From positions 8,961-72,960 of the forward strand of contig JBAZKE010000006.1 in NCBI GenBank assembly GCA_041650915.1: DNA of 64,000 nucleotides, read 5' to 3'. The DNA is from Patescibacteria group bacterium (lineage in GTDB: Bacteria > Patescibacteriota > Patescibacteriia > UBA10025 > JAHIVO01). The position numbers and the translations under genes were made by a program. Below, piece after piece: positions 46,801 to 55,305 of this stretch. Below the pieces are notes generated by a model, which saw nothing but the letters and a program-made list of their open reading frames with translations, was not told where the DNA came from and did no database searches. Position 1 is the first letter of the stretch. Each line of letters begins with the position of its first letter.

Positions 46801-48519
46801 ATGCCTGAAATTATTTATCGCGGCCAGCGCTATGTACTCCACACGGCAGCCGAAACCTATGCCCCGCCTGCCCCGCCGGCCAATTGGGAAACAAATAAGC
46901 AAGAATATATCACCAAAGTCATAGCCGATTTGGAGGCTTTGGGCGAACGCGTTTATACTTTGGGTATTGAAAGCGACGTTATCGCGGAGCAACCCGGAGA
47001 TGTCGACGCAGAAGTAACGCAAACCAAAGTAAAACAAGTCCGGCACGAGCTTAAACTCCAAGAAGCCGCCGGTAATGCCGAAGCTGTGGCTGCTCTCAAG
47101 GCGCAACTCGACGCACTGGGAATTAAGAAATCTACCACGGGTTTGGCATTGGATAACTTGGCCAAGGTAATTGACAATACAATCGCGGCAGTTGAACTCG
47201 GAGAGTATCTAATCAAAAACCCCACGGTGCCTGCAAAACGTGCGGTAAAAATTCCTATTACTGAAGTCGTACCAGAGCTTACTCGTATCGTTGATCAGTG
47301 GGAAAAGTTTGCGCTATCGAGTCGGCCGGCGTCCGATGTGCCCGATCAGCAGCGCAAAAAAGAAGAAGTCCTGGGCTTCCCTAAATTCGTGAAGGTACAG
47401 CTTGACTTCATCAATAAACACATTGTAGAAGCTACTGAATTAGTCAACCGTGCTGCAGTGACCGAAGGCCAGGATCCCGAGGAAAGCGCACGTATCCAAG
47501 CTGCGCAAGCCGCACTTCCTAGTTTTATGTACCGGCTCAAGGTTGTGAATGAATCCATCGCCAAAGGCAAATATGTAATTTCCAACCGTGTCGACCTGCT
47601 GGCTGAGATGGAAGATGCGCGGAAAGCCGCAGAAACTGCTGGCGACGCAGCACAGGCTGAAGAACTGCAGAAGCGTATCGATTGGGTGCAAGGTACTCAA
47701 ACAACCGATAAGGACCTGAAAGATCGATACATTAAAGACATTGTGAAAGAGTTGTTTACAGAGTTTAAAGCGCACTGGCTGGTGGCCAAGGCGCAAAAGG
47801 CTAAAGAAAAAGCCGAAGCTGACGCGAAGGCTAAGGCAGATAAGCCCGAAAAAGAAAAGAAACCGAAGGAACCCAAACCCGACAATCTCATGGAGGTAGT
47901 AAAAGAACTCCTGGCTACGCTGGAGGATATCAAAAATAAACAGCCTATGTTCTTGCAAACCGCAAAAGCGCGCGAGGGTTTCGATAAACTCGTGCAGGAC
48001 ACCATCGCGGTTGGAAAGGCTGTAGACGCTGGCGCCGCTTCTGTGACGCTGTCGTCTGGGGAATACCCAATCAAAGAGGCCGTGAAGCTGGTGCAAGACG
48101 GTATGCGACAGTACCGCAGCATGATGAAGCGAGAGTTTGAGCCCGGGGCCAGAGCGCAAGAGAAGCAAGTCGGTATGGGCAAGAGTCTGGAAGATCTAGA
48201 TAAAAAGATTGCGGAGATTGATCAGGCCATTTCTGCGGTTCGCAGCCAGCAGAGTCGTGCGTCTGCAGGTAGCCTGGAGTTGCTAGAACAAATCAAGCGA
48301 AAACCGGATCGTGCAAGCAAACTGCCTTTGATGGCCCGGCGAGATAAAATAGAGCACGAAGTAGCAGAGCTTACTAAGCAAATCGACACCCTGCGCAAAG
48401 AGCGTAGTTCTGTGAGTCTAGCGCGTGACAATCTGCTTAAAAGCGTACGGCCAGGCCCACAGGCCACACCCGAAGTTACCAAACCAACGGGTCCCATTTA
48501 CCAGACACCGGAGTTCTAA
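46801..48519 (+). CDS. Coiled-coil K/E-rich protein (572 aa) with N-terminal hairpin tag MPEIIYRGQRYVL
   Basis: RBS GGAGAA. Long heptad-rich stretches and a KAKEKAEADAKAKADKPEKEKKPKEPKP segment. Confidence 0.65.
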   Translation: MPEIIYRGQRYVLHTAAETYAPPAPPANWETNKQEYITKVIADLEALGERVYTLGIESDVIAEQPGDVDAEVTQTKVKQVRHELKLQEAAGNAEAVAALKAQLDALGIKKSTTGLALDNLAKVIDNTIAAVELGEYLIKNPTVPAKRAVKIPITEVVPELTRIVDQWEKFALSSRPASDVPDQQRKKEEVLGFPKFVKVQLDFINKHIVEATELVNRAAVTEGQDPEESARIQAAQAALPSFMYRLKVVNESIAKGKYVISNRVDLLAEMEDARKAAETAGDAAQAEELQKRIDWVQGTQTTDKDLKDRYIKDIVKELFTEFKAHWLVAKAQKAKEKAEADAKAKADKPEKEKKPKEPKPDNLMEVVKELLATLEDIKNKQPMFLQTAKAREGFDKLVQDTIAVGKAVDAGAASVTLSSGEYPIKEAVKLVQDGMRQYRSMMKREFEPGARAQEKQVGMGKSLEDLDKKIAEIDQAISAVRSQQSRASAGSLELLEQIKRKPDRASKLPLMARRDKIEHEVAELTKQIDTLRKERSSVSLARDNLLKSVRPGPQATPEVTKPTGPIYQTPEF

Positions 48520-48522
48520 ACT

Positions 48523-49233
48523 ATGGCCAACGCAGTTAAATTCAACGGTGCGCTTTATGTAATTGCAGGCAAACCTGCGGCCGGAACTCCACGTAACACC
48601 ACTTGGACGAAAAAACAGTTCAAGCACTACACATCACCAGTTAAAATGCCGGGTGTGCGCACCGACGTCATCCAAGGAGACGAAGCTGCTGTACAAACAG
48701 AAATTAATCAGCTTAGGCGGGACATCGCAAAAGCTAAAGCTAGTTATGACAGCTTACTAGATCAGCGCAATCAGCAGTACGATAAACGAACTATTTCTCT
48801 CGAGGCGACGCGCTCGCCGGAGCGTAATCGGCTGATCCGGGAATCAGAGCAAAAGATACTCGAACTAGATGCAAAACTAGACCGAATGGAAAAAGGCATC
48901 GAGCGCCTGATTGAAACACTAAACGAAAAACTAAATGCTCAGGTTTCCGAGACACCAAGCCCAGCAGATCCAGGAGGTCTCGTGGTCGAATATGACCCCA
49001 TCAAGGTGCGCAAGCAGCAAGAGCTGCAGCGTGATTTGGCACAACTGCAGTCACACAAAGAAAAGCTATTAGCTGTGCAGCAAAAGTTCCTGCGGGATAA
49101 GTCTCAGCCGATGAGCGAAACTGCGGATAAACTCATCAAAAAAGATCTGCTCGACACCGACGACATGATCGCACAAAAGCAGCACATGCTCAGGGCTCTG
49201 TCGGCGCCTGCAGACCCAATGCTCAAGGATTAA
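48523..49233 (+). CDS. Coiled-coil protein (236 aa) with degenerate N-terminal tag MANAVKFNGALYVI
   Basis: RBS GGAG. Tag is weaker (no R after the Y). Confidence 0.55.
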   Translation: MANAVKFNGALYVIAGKPAAGTPRNTTWTKKQFKHYTSPVKMPGVRTDVIQGDEAAVQTEINQLRRDIAKAKASYDSLLDQRNQQYDKRTISLEATRSPERNRLIRESEQKILELDAKLDRMEKGIERLIETLNEKLNAQVSETPSPADPGGLVVEYDPIKVRKQQELQRDLAQLQSHKEKLLAVQQKFLRDKSQPMSETADKLIKKDLLDTDDMIAQKQHMLRALSAPADPMLKD

Positions 49234-49235
49234 TC

Positions 49236-49973
49236 ATGACGCCTAAATATATTCGTGTAGCTGGTAAACTATATCGTGCCTGCCCCTGTACTGAAGTTCC
49301 TGCTGCGGAGCATGCAGATGTAGTGCGCGAAGAACTCGAGATGCAGGGCTTTTCCGCGGTGCCATGCCAGGAACCCAAGAAAGTGTGTGTAGAGACTCCG
49401 CCAGCCCAGCCACAGATTTCGGCTCCACAACGCATTGAAACTACACAACGCTCAGCGCCGCAGTTCATTCGAGTACAAGGGCAAGTTTATAAAAAGGCGG
49501 CGGCAAATCTTCCTGCTGTTGCTGCTGGAACGCTCAAAGCGCTGAATCGCGTCAGAATGCAAATTACTGCAATTCTGGGCGAAGCCGATCGCGGGGACGA
49601 AGACCGCGCGTCGGACACCGTCTGTATTTCCAATGTTCCAGGTGAGTTTCAGGTGCTGTCGGCCGATGCGCTGGGTGAGCGCGCACGTGAGGCGCTGGAA
49701 CTACTGTACAATTCTATCGCGCTGTGGGAGCGCAGCGCTACCGTCGCGTTGGCGGAGAATGAGATCATGCAGCACGCGTACGTGCTGCTCAATGACGTGC
49801 ACGGCGCAGTGTCTGAGGCCGTTGAATCCGGCATTAATGCGCAGCCTGGATTTTTCTGTGTAGAGCGCGAAAAGTTCTTCGGTCTGGTATCGGATATCTC
49901 TGCGTGCATGCAAGCCTTCACGAAGCTAGAGCGGATGTTGACCCAGAAATACAGCGTAGCCTCCGTCTCTTAG
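49236..49973 (+). CDS. Hypothetical protein (245 aa) with two hairpin tags (N-terminal KYIRVAGKLYR; internal QFIRVQGQVYKK at 49461-49496)
   Basis: RBS AAGGAT. Two tag copies. Confidence 0.6.
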   Translation: MTPKYIRVAGKLYRACPCTEVPAAEHADVVREELEMQGFSAVPCQEPKKVCVETPPAQPQISAPQRIETTQRSAPQFIRVQGQVYKKAAANLPAVAAGTLKALNRVRMQITAILGEADRGDEDRASDTVCISNVPGEFQVLSADALGERAREALELLYNSIALWERSATVALAENEIMQHAYVLLNDVHGAVSEAVESGINAQPGFFCVEREKFFGLVSDISACMQAFTKLERMLTQKYSVASVS

Positions 49974-49974
49974 C

Positions 49975-50002
49975 TTGCATTCCTGCCAGTTTCTGCTATA
50001 GT
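49975..50002 (+). promoter_or_regulatory. Sigma70-like promoter P6 (TTGCAT-16-TATAGT) driving a leaderless ATG
   Basis: The ATG at 50009 lies 6 nt after the -10. Confidence 0.45.
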
Positions 50003-50008
50003 GTTGAC

Positions 50009-50593
50009 ATGTCACAGCGCCTCCAATTCCGTGGGCACAACTACCGCCTGTACACTCCGAAAAGCCAACGCCGTGAATTTCGCATGGCGGTTGCGGGTCT
50101 ATGGCGCGACGTCACGACAGTAATTCGGTATCTCGCAGAAAAAGGAATTGATCCAGTAGTTGTCGGCGGCCTCGCCGTGCAACACCACGGCGTAGAGCGT
50201 CTGACCGAAGATATCGATATCTTGATCTCCAGAGCTGCATACACGAAGCTCGTTGAGGAAGGCAAGATTAAGTTCGGGCAGCTGAAAATCATCCCCGGCA
50301 CGGAAATCGATGTGCTGACCGAGGGAAAGGACAACAACCCCGATCCTGAATTCATTCGAGCCGGAGATTCTAATTTCCCGACGTTTGCCGGTTTGATCTA
50401 CCTGAAGCTGAAAGCGAACCGACTTAAAGACCGAGGCGATGTCGCGGAGCTACTTAAAGCCCACGAGTTCAATATCGAGGAACAGCAGGAAATCCTAACG
50501 TTCCTGCCAGAAGAGCTAAAAATTAGATTTTTAGCCATTTGGGACGAAGCCGGGCAAGAGCACGACAAACGCAAGCAAATGGTGGAAGAATAA
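50009..50593 (+). CDS. Nucleotidyltransferase-fold (AbiEii-like) protein (194 aa) with N-terminal tag MSQRLQFRGHNYRLY
   Basis: Leaderless ATG. VVGGLAVQHHGVERLTEDIDILI matches the GG...G..R.T.DiD minimal NTase signature. Confidence 0.6.
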   Translation: MSQRLQFRGHNYRLYTPKSQRREFRMAVAGLWRDVTTVIRYLAEKGIDPVVVGGLAVQHHGVERLTEDIDILISRAAYTKLVEEGKIKFGQLKIIPGTEIDVLTEGKDNNPDPEFIRAGDSNFPTFAGLIYLKLKANRLKDRGDVAELLKAHEFNIEEQQEILTFLPEELKIRFLAIWDEAGQEHDKRKQMVEE

Positions 50594-51252
50594 TGCAACG
50601 TGTGTTTTCAACGCTGAACGATCTCATCGCGCAAGGCGTTATTACCGATTATGCTCTTGGTGGCTCCGTTGCGTTCATGTTTTACTGCCAGCCGTTCCTG
50701 ACCAACGACACCGATTTCTTTGTACAAATGCCGGGAAGCGGACTGCTAGTCTCGCTCTCGCCAATCTACGCTTACGCGGCAGAACATAATTTTCCTCTGG
50801 ACCATGAGCACATCGTTGTCGATGACGAGCCGGTGCAAATCATTCCAGCGCCCTCACCACTCTACGACGAAGCAATCGCTACAGCGCAGCAGCGGACAAT
50901 CGAAGGACAGAATGTAAAGGTCATGCTGCCGGAATATCTCGTCTGCACGGCACTGAATGCCGGCCGAATGAAAGATTTCGCAAAAATCGAAAAACTGCTC
51001 GAGGAAGCAGAAGTCGATCTGAGTAAACTAAAGGAACTCATTACCCGGTTTCAGCTATCTGCGCAGTGGAAGCGCTACCTTGTCGCCATTGGAGTTACTG
51101 ATCCAGCTTTTCTGCATTTGGCGGAAACAAAAGCAACCTGGCGCCGTGCACAAGCCGATAAACGGATGGAAGACAAACTACAAGAAATAAAAAAGCTGCG
51201 CACCAGAGTCAGCGCAATCCGCTATAGAAACGCACTGTACAGACCTGTTTAA
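50593..51252 (+). CDS. Second nucleotidyltransferase-fold-like protein (219 aa) with C-terminal tag IRYRNALYRPV
   Basis: ATG overlaps the upstream stop, with GGAAGA RBS. ALGGSVAFMFYCQPFLTNDTDFFV. The track's overlapping start at 50539 was rejected. Confidence 0.55.
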   Translation: MQRVFSTLNDLIAQGVITDYALGGSVAFMFYCQPFLTNDTDFFVQMPGSGLLVSLSPIYAYAAEHNFPLDHEHIVVDDEPVQIIPAPSPLYDEAIATAQQRTIEGQNVKVMLPEYLVCTALNAGRMKDFAKIEKLLEEAEVDLSKLKELITRFQLSAQWKRYLVAIGVTDPAFLHLAETKATWRRAQADKRMEDKLQEIKKLRTRVSAIRYRNALYRPV

Positions 51253-51335
51253 TTTTTGTCTTGTGAAATTCTACCTTCACGTCCGCTAAACTTGATATTA
51301 CTGCCCACAAATAAACGAGGCGTAGGCGAAAATTT

Positions 51336-52079
51336 GTGCGTTTATTGTGCGGAGGCACGAAGCAGCCGCAGTACTGCTGTAAAACGGCAGCACGCCGCCA
51401 GTGCGCGGTGCGGAGAACACCGGTGCTTACCAGCGATAAAACTGTAGATGGACGTTTGATTACTAGTTTGTCCCCTTGTAGTGAACGCAGAGTTTCTGTC
51501 AAATGCGACACGTGTGGCGTGATCAACACCACTAGTTATGCCAACTACAACCGGGCGCAAAAGACGACGCACAATGGATCCGGGCGAACAACGTGTAGAA
51601 AATGTGCAGTAACAAAATCGGCGCTAGCACGCAAAGGCAAACCACGCGCACCTAAACCAAAACTGCCGCCAGAACAATTAGGGGCAAACCACAAAAGTTG
51701 GCGTGGCGGCAGGTACATCGACGCAAACAATTATGTAATGGTACACCAGCCAGACAGAAGTAAAGCCAGAACAACCGGCTGGGCGCACTATCGTAAAGAA
51801 CATATCGTCGTTATGGAACAGCACATAGGCCGACGCCTGTTGCCCAATGAAACTGTACACCATATAGACGGAAACAAACAAAATAATGTGCTGTCCAATC
51901 TGTATTTAGTACACTCGCACGCAGAACACCGCAACGCGCACACGTCCCTGCAGCAAATAGGTTATGCGCTCATTAGAACCGGTATGCTTACGTTTGACCT
52001 ACAAAATGGGCAGTACATCGTGGGCGAAGCGCTTCAGCACCTGTTAGACCTTGCTAAAACAACTGAAGGGAACACCTGA
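51336..52079 (+). CDS. HNH homing endonuclease (247 aa)
   Basis: VHHIDGNKQNNVLSNLYLVHSHAEHRNAH (HNH motif). N-terminal CxxC...CxxC. AT-rich. Start codon uncertain. Confidence 0.65.
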   Translation: MRLLCGGTKQPQYCCKTAARRQCAVRRTPVLTSDKTVDGRLITSLSPCSERRVSVKCDTCGVINTTSYANYNRAQKTTHNGSGRTTCRKCAVTKSALARKGKPRAPKPKLPPEQLGANHKSWRGGRYIDANNYVMVHQPDRSKARTTGWAHYRKEHIVVMEQHIGRRLLPNETVHHIDGNKQNNVLSNLYLVHSHAEHRNAHTSLQQIGYALIRTGMLTFDLQNGQYIVGEALQHLLDLAKTTEGNT

Positions 52080-52682
52080 AGCGCAGACAGTATCGAAAAT
52101 AAATTCGTCGAACACTGGGGAGACTATTGGTCTTAATTGTTCGACCAGACGCACCAGTGCTTGTCTTATCTCCCAATGTGCTGCTCTTGCGGTTCGCTGC
52201 GCTATGATGTGGCGCCACGCGCGGAAGTTTGCCGTAACTACGATTTGGTTTTCCATACCAATAGGTAGAAATTGACGTGCGTCTTCCTTCGTTACACCCA
52301 AGGCACGAAGCTCTCTGTACGCGCCTAAAGCTTGTGTCATTAGCTCTCTGGCACGCGGACTATTTTCAAGGCGAGGTGGGAGTGCGAACTGCGCTGCTTG
52401 CTCGTCAACATACCGCGTCGATTCTTGCGAATAAGCCACGCCTACGCGGTGTCTTACAAGCTCGTGTGTCATACCCCGGCTCACACCGCCGAACAACACG
52501 GTAATGCTTCCGTGCTCTAGCACAGACTCATGGCCACGCTTGATAAGCATAGCGATGAATTTCCGCGCCGTGTAGATTGTAACGGGTTCCTTGTACGATT
52601 GGTAGCAAACTCTTCCGGCGCGCTCTACGATTTGCATTTGGCTTTCAATTTCGGGCGTTGACGTGAGAATTTCTACGCGCAT
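52044..52682 (-). CDS. thyX: Flavin-dependent thymidylate synthase ThyX
   Basis: ThyX signature RHRxxxxxQxSxRY (ELVRHRVGVAYSQESTRYV). N-terminus MRVEILTSTPE...AGRVCYQS. RBS AAAGGAAAA. Confidence 0.85.
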   Translation of the reverse strand: MRVEILTSTPEIESQMQIVERAGRVCYQSYKEPVTIYTARKFIAMLIKRGHESVLEHGSITVLFGGVSRGMTHELVRHRVGVAYSQESTRYVDEQAAQFALPPRLENSPRARELMTQALGAYRELRALGVTKEDARQFLPIGMENQIVVTANFRAWRHIIAQRTARAAHWEIRQALVRLVEQLRPIVSPVFDEFIFDTVCASGVPFSCFSKV

Positions 52683-52980
52683 AGTTTTCCTTTTGTTTAG
52701 CGGCGTCCCTTCATTTTAGACACATAGCGTTACAGACATAGCGCCTTTGAAACAAGCAACAGCCTTAATAGATTACGAGTAGATCATGATTTTAATGTTT
52801 CCTTCTTGCGGTCTTGCGGTATCCCCTTTTGTATCATAAACTATAGTAGGTGTCAAGAACAAAAACAGTACGAGGAACGCGCGGTGTTCAGCACGGCACA
52901 AATAAAAATTGTGTCTGTGGAGTCTATAAACACCAGAACCGTCAAAACGCGCAAAACCGTTAAACTTCTTAGGAGGTACC

Positions 52981-53649
52981 ATGTACTCAGCACAAGCTTC
53001 TCGCTTCATAGGTTTTGATACATCGACGTACTGCTCACCCCAGTATGCCAGAATTCTCTGGGATGCCGGGTACAGGCTGGCGATTCGGTATATTCGGCGG
53101 GATAAACACGTCAACGCCGTGCCAGACCTCAATGGCCTGGTTTCGCTGTCGCTTCAGGAGCGTGACGAACTCCTGAGCATTGGGTTCAAGATTACATGCG
53201 TGCAGTTCGCCAAACTCTCGCTCGTGCCATCAACCGCCGAAGGCACTGCGGCAGCCGAAGCTGGAGTTTACAACGCCAAAGCTTTGGGATTCAAGGCCGG
53301 CGACACTATTTGGTACGATTTTGAGTGGTCTACCTCGCAAAATGCTTCTGCAGTAATGAGTTACATCGACGCCATTGGTAAATACACCGTGGCGAATGGC
53401 TTCAAAATGGGGTCCTACGTCGGTCCCAATTGTAGTCTTTCTGGTGATCAGTGGTATGCGCGGCCCTACTGCACGGCGTACTGGAAATCCGGCGCGATTG
53501 TGCCTTGGGTTACGCAACGTGCGTTCCAGCTGATCCAGGGAGTTCCCATCACTGTCGGCAAGACGAGCACACGGGCCGGCATCAACATTGATCAGGATAT
53601 CGTGTGTTATGACAACAAAAATGAAATTTTCTCTTGTCTCGCGGCCTAA
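52981..53649 (+). CDS. Putative glycoside hydrolase / lysin-like protein (GH25- or Rv2525c-like)
   Basis: Very strong RBS TAGGAGGT. GFDTSTY...AIRYIRR pattern reminiscent of GH25/DUF1906-type lysin domains. Tentative. Confidence 0.5.
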   Translation: MYSAQASRFIGFDTSTYCSPQYARILWDAGYRLAIRYIRRDKHVNAVPDLNGLVSLSLQERDELLSIGFKITCVQFAKLSLVPSTAEGTAAAEAGVYNAKALGFKAGDTIWYDFEWSTSQNASAVMSYIDAIGKYTVANGFKMGSYVGPNCSLSGDQWYARPYCTAYWKSGAIVPWVTQRAFQLIQGVPITVGKTSTRAGINIDQDIVCYDNKNEIFSCLAA

Positions 53650-53652
53650 CGA

Positions 53653-54288
53653 CTATAGATCCATCACGACGGGCTTCCCGACGACGTTGCCGAACCGATC
53701 CATCTGCGTGACGTTCAGCGCTTTGGTCCTGGCATAGTGCTGCTTCCCATTGCCGTGACTGAAAACATGGAGTCGCGGAGCGCGCTGCCGCACGATTTCC
53801 GCCAGGCCGCCGAATTCCGGCGGGCAGTGAGTAATCAAAATATCGAGGCCCTCGGGAATGTGGCACCAGCGATGGATCATGTAGTCGTCATGATCGCAAA
53901 ATGCACCCGCCAGGCTAAACTCTCGACTGAATGACCACGGAGACCACGGCGTACCGAAAATTTTGAAGCCTTCAACTTCCACGGTTTCGTCGACCAAAAC
54001 CTTAGCGTTGTAAAGGCGCGAAATTGCCTCGGTCTCGTTGGCATCGCACCATTCGTCTCGGTCACCGAATACGACGAATTTGTACTTGTGCGGTAGGCGC
54101 CCGAGCAACGCGTTGAAACGGTCGACGTCGTAGCGTGTACCGAACGTGGAGCTGAAGTCCCCGGTGCAAATCAGTACATCACCATCGGGAACCGACAGCA
54201 GGTAGTCTTCGTGGTGGGTGCATCCAATAAAAACGAAGCGCATGGGGACCTCCTGACTACAGTGTAGCAGAAGTGGACAACGCGTCAA
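53653..54288 (-). CDS. Calcineurin-like metallophosphoesterase (211 aa)
   Basis: FIGCTHH, LICTGDF and GNG/HxH motifs. Strong RBS AGGAGGT on the - strand. Confidence 0.7.
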   Translation of the reverse strand: MTRCPLLLHCSQEVPMRFVFIGCTHHEDYLLSVPDGDVLICTGDFSSTFGTRYDVDRFNALLGRLPHKYKFVVFGDRDEWCDANETEAISRLYNAKVLVDETVEVEGFKIFGTPWSPWSFSREFSLAGAFCDHDDYMIHRWCHIPEGLDILITHCPPEFGGLAEIVRQRAPRLHVFSHGNGKQHYARTKALNVTQMDRFGNVVGKPVVMDL

Positions 54289-54325
54289 GATGCAACTTCA
54301 CCTTAGTTTATAGACAGGAGACAGC

Positions 54326-55225
54326 ATGACTACACCAAATAAAATCCGAGTTCGCGGTGACGTGTACGAACTCGTGAAAAACGTAGCGCCGCTGGCGCAA
54401 ATGGACCTCGCCGACGAGATGTCCCAAGATATGCGGTTGGCCCAAAATGAGTTCGTGACGACGGTAGAGAACGTCATCGATGCCGTGGATGAAATCGATC
54501 CGCGCGGCCTTGCATCTCCCATCGCCGGAATGGCCGCGCCAATCGGCAAGATATTCACCAAAGCGCAAGGAATCCTCAAACTATTTCAACACGACAAAAT
54601 CAGCGTGGAACTCTACAAATTGGAGTACGGTCGTTGGTACTTGGTACACGAGCTGGTGCGTGTGGCCTATCACTTTGCGCGCCAAGATTACTACAAGCGA
54701 GACAACAAACTAGATATTGACACCGTGGTCAGCGCACTTGACTACGACAAAACACTAAAAGAACTGCGGCAAGACCACGAGCGCTATTACGCGGCAGCCG
54801 CATCTAAAATACTGCTGCGCTTCATTAAGGCCGGCAGTGAGGATGACACCCCTGTCGTACAGGATTCGAAAACAAGGCGTGAGCTAGACCTCAGTGCCGT
54901 GACGATACAGCGAATTAAGGACACCATTAAGCACGTGCTGCAGGCTGCACTTGACCTCGGAACCGCCACGGCCGAAACCCTGGACAAATACGACAGCGCT
55001 GCTCGGCATCTCGCGGCAGCTACAAATCTGGCTAAAGAAATCGCCAAGGCGCCGCAGATGTTGATGAAACCTGAACCCCTGACTCCGCCAGAGCACAAAG
55101 AGCGCATCGATACAGACGCTACAATAAGTAAATCCGTTGAGGACGAGCCCACCGCCATTGATCCGCGCGTAAAGCACGGCACCTACCTTCACTACGCCGG
55201 AAAAACCTACCGTCCACTCACGTAG
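54326..55225 (+). CDS. Hypothetical protein (299 aa) with hairpin tag at both termini (N: NKIRVRGDVYEL; C: YLHYAGKTYRPLT)
   Basis: RBS CAGGAGA. Tag-like peptide at residues 6-16 and in the last 13 residues. Confidence 0.6.
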   Translation: MTTPNKIRVRGDVYELVKNVAPLAQMDLADEMSQDMRLAQNEFVTTVENVIDAVDEIDPRGLASPIAGMAAPIGKIFTKAQGILKLFQHDKISVELYKLEYGRWYLVHELVRVAYHFARQDYYKRDNKLDIDTVVSALDYDKTLKELRQDHERYYAAAASKILLRFIKAGSEDDTPVVQDSKTRRELDLSAVTIQRIKDTIKHVLQAALDLGTATAETLDKYDSAARHLAAATNLAKEIAKAPQMLMKPEPLTPPEHKERIDTDATISKSVEDEPTAIDPRVKHGTYLHYAGKTYRPLT

Positions 55226-55270
55226 TTCCCTCCCTTTTCGCATAAAACCCGGTTCCGACGCGTTTTCTGC

Positions 55271-55299
55271 TTGACGGCCGCGTTGCCGTGCAGTACAGT
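55271..55299 (+). promoter_or_regulatory. Sigma70-like promoter P5 (TTTTCTGCTTGACG-17-TACAGT) driving a leaderless ATG
   Basis: The ATG at 55306 lies 6 nt after the -10. Confidence 0.5.
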
Positions 55300-55305
55300 C
55301 GTGCC

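Noticed and set aside
52773-53132. Minus-strand 119-aa ORF.
   Set aside because: Overlaps the strong RBS and 5' end of the + strand lysin-like gene and the thyX upstream region. No RBS.
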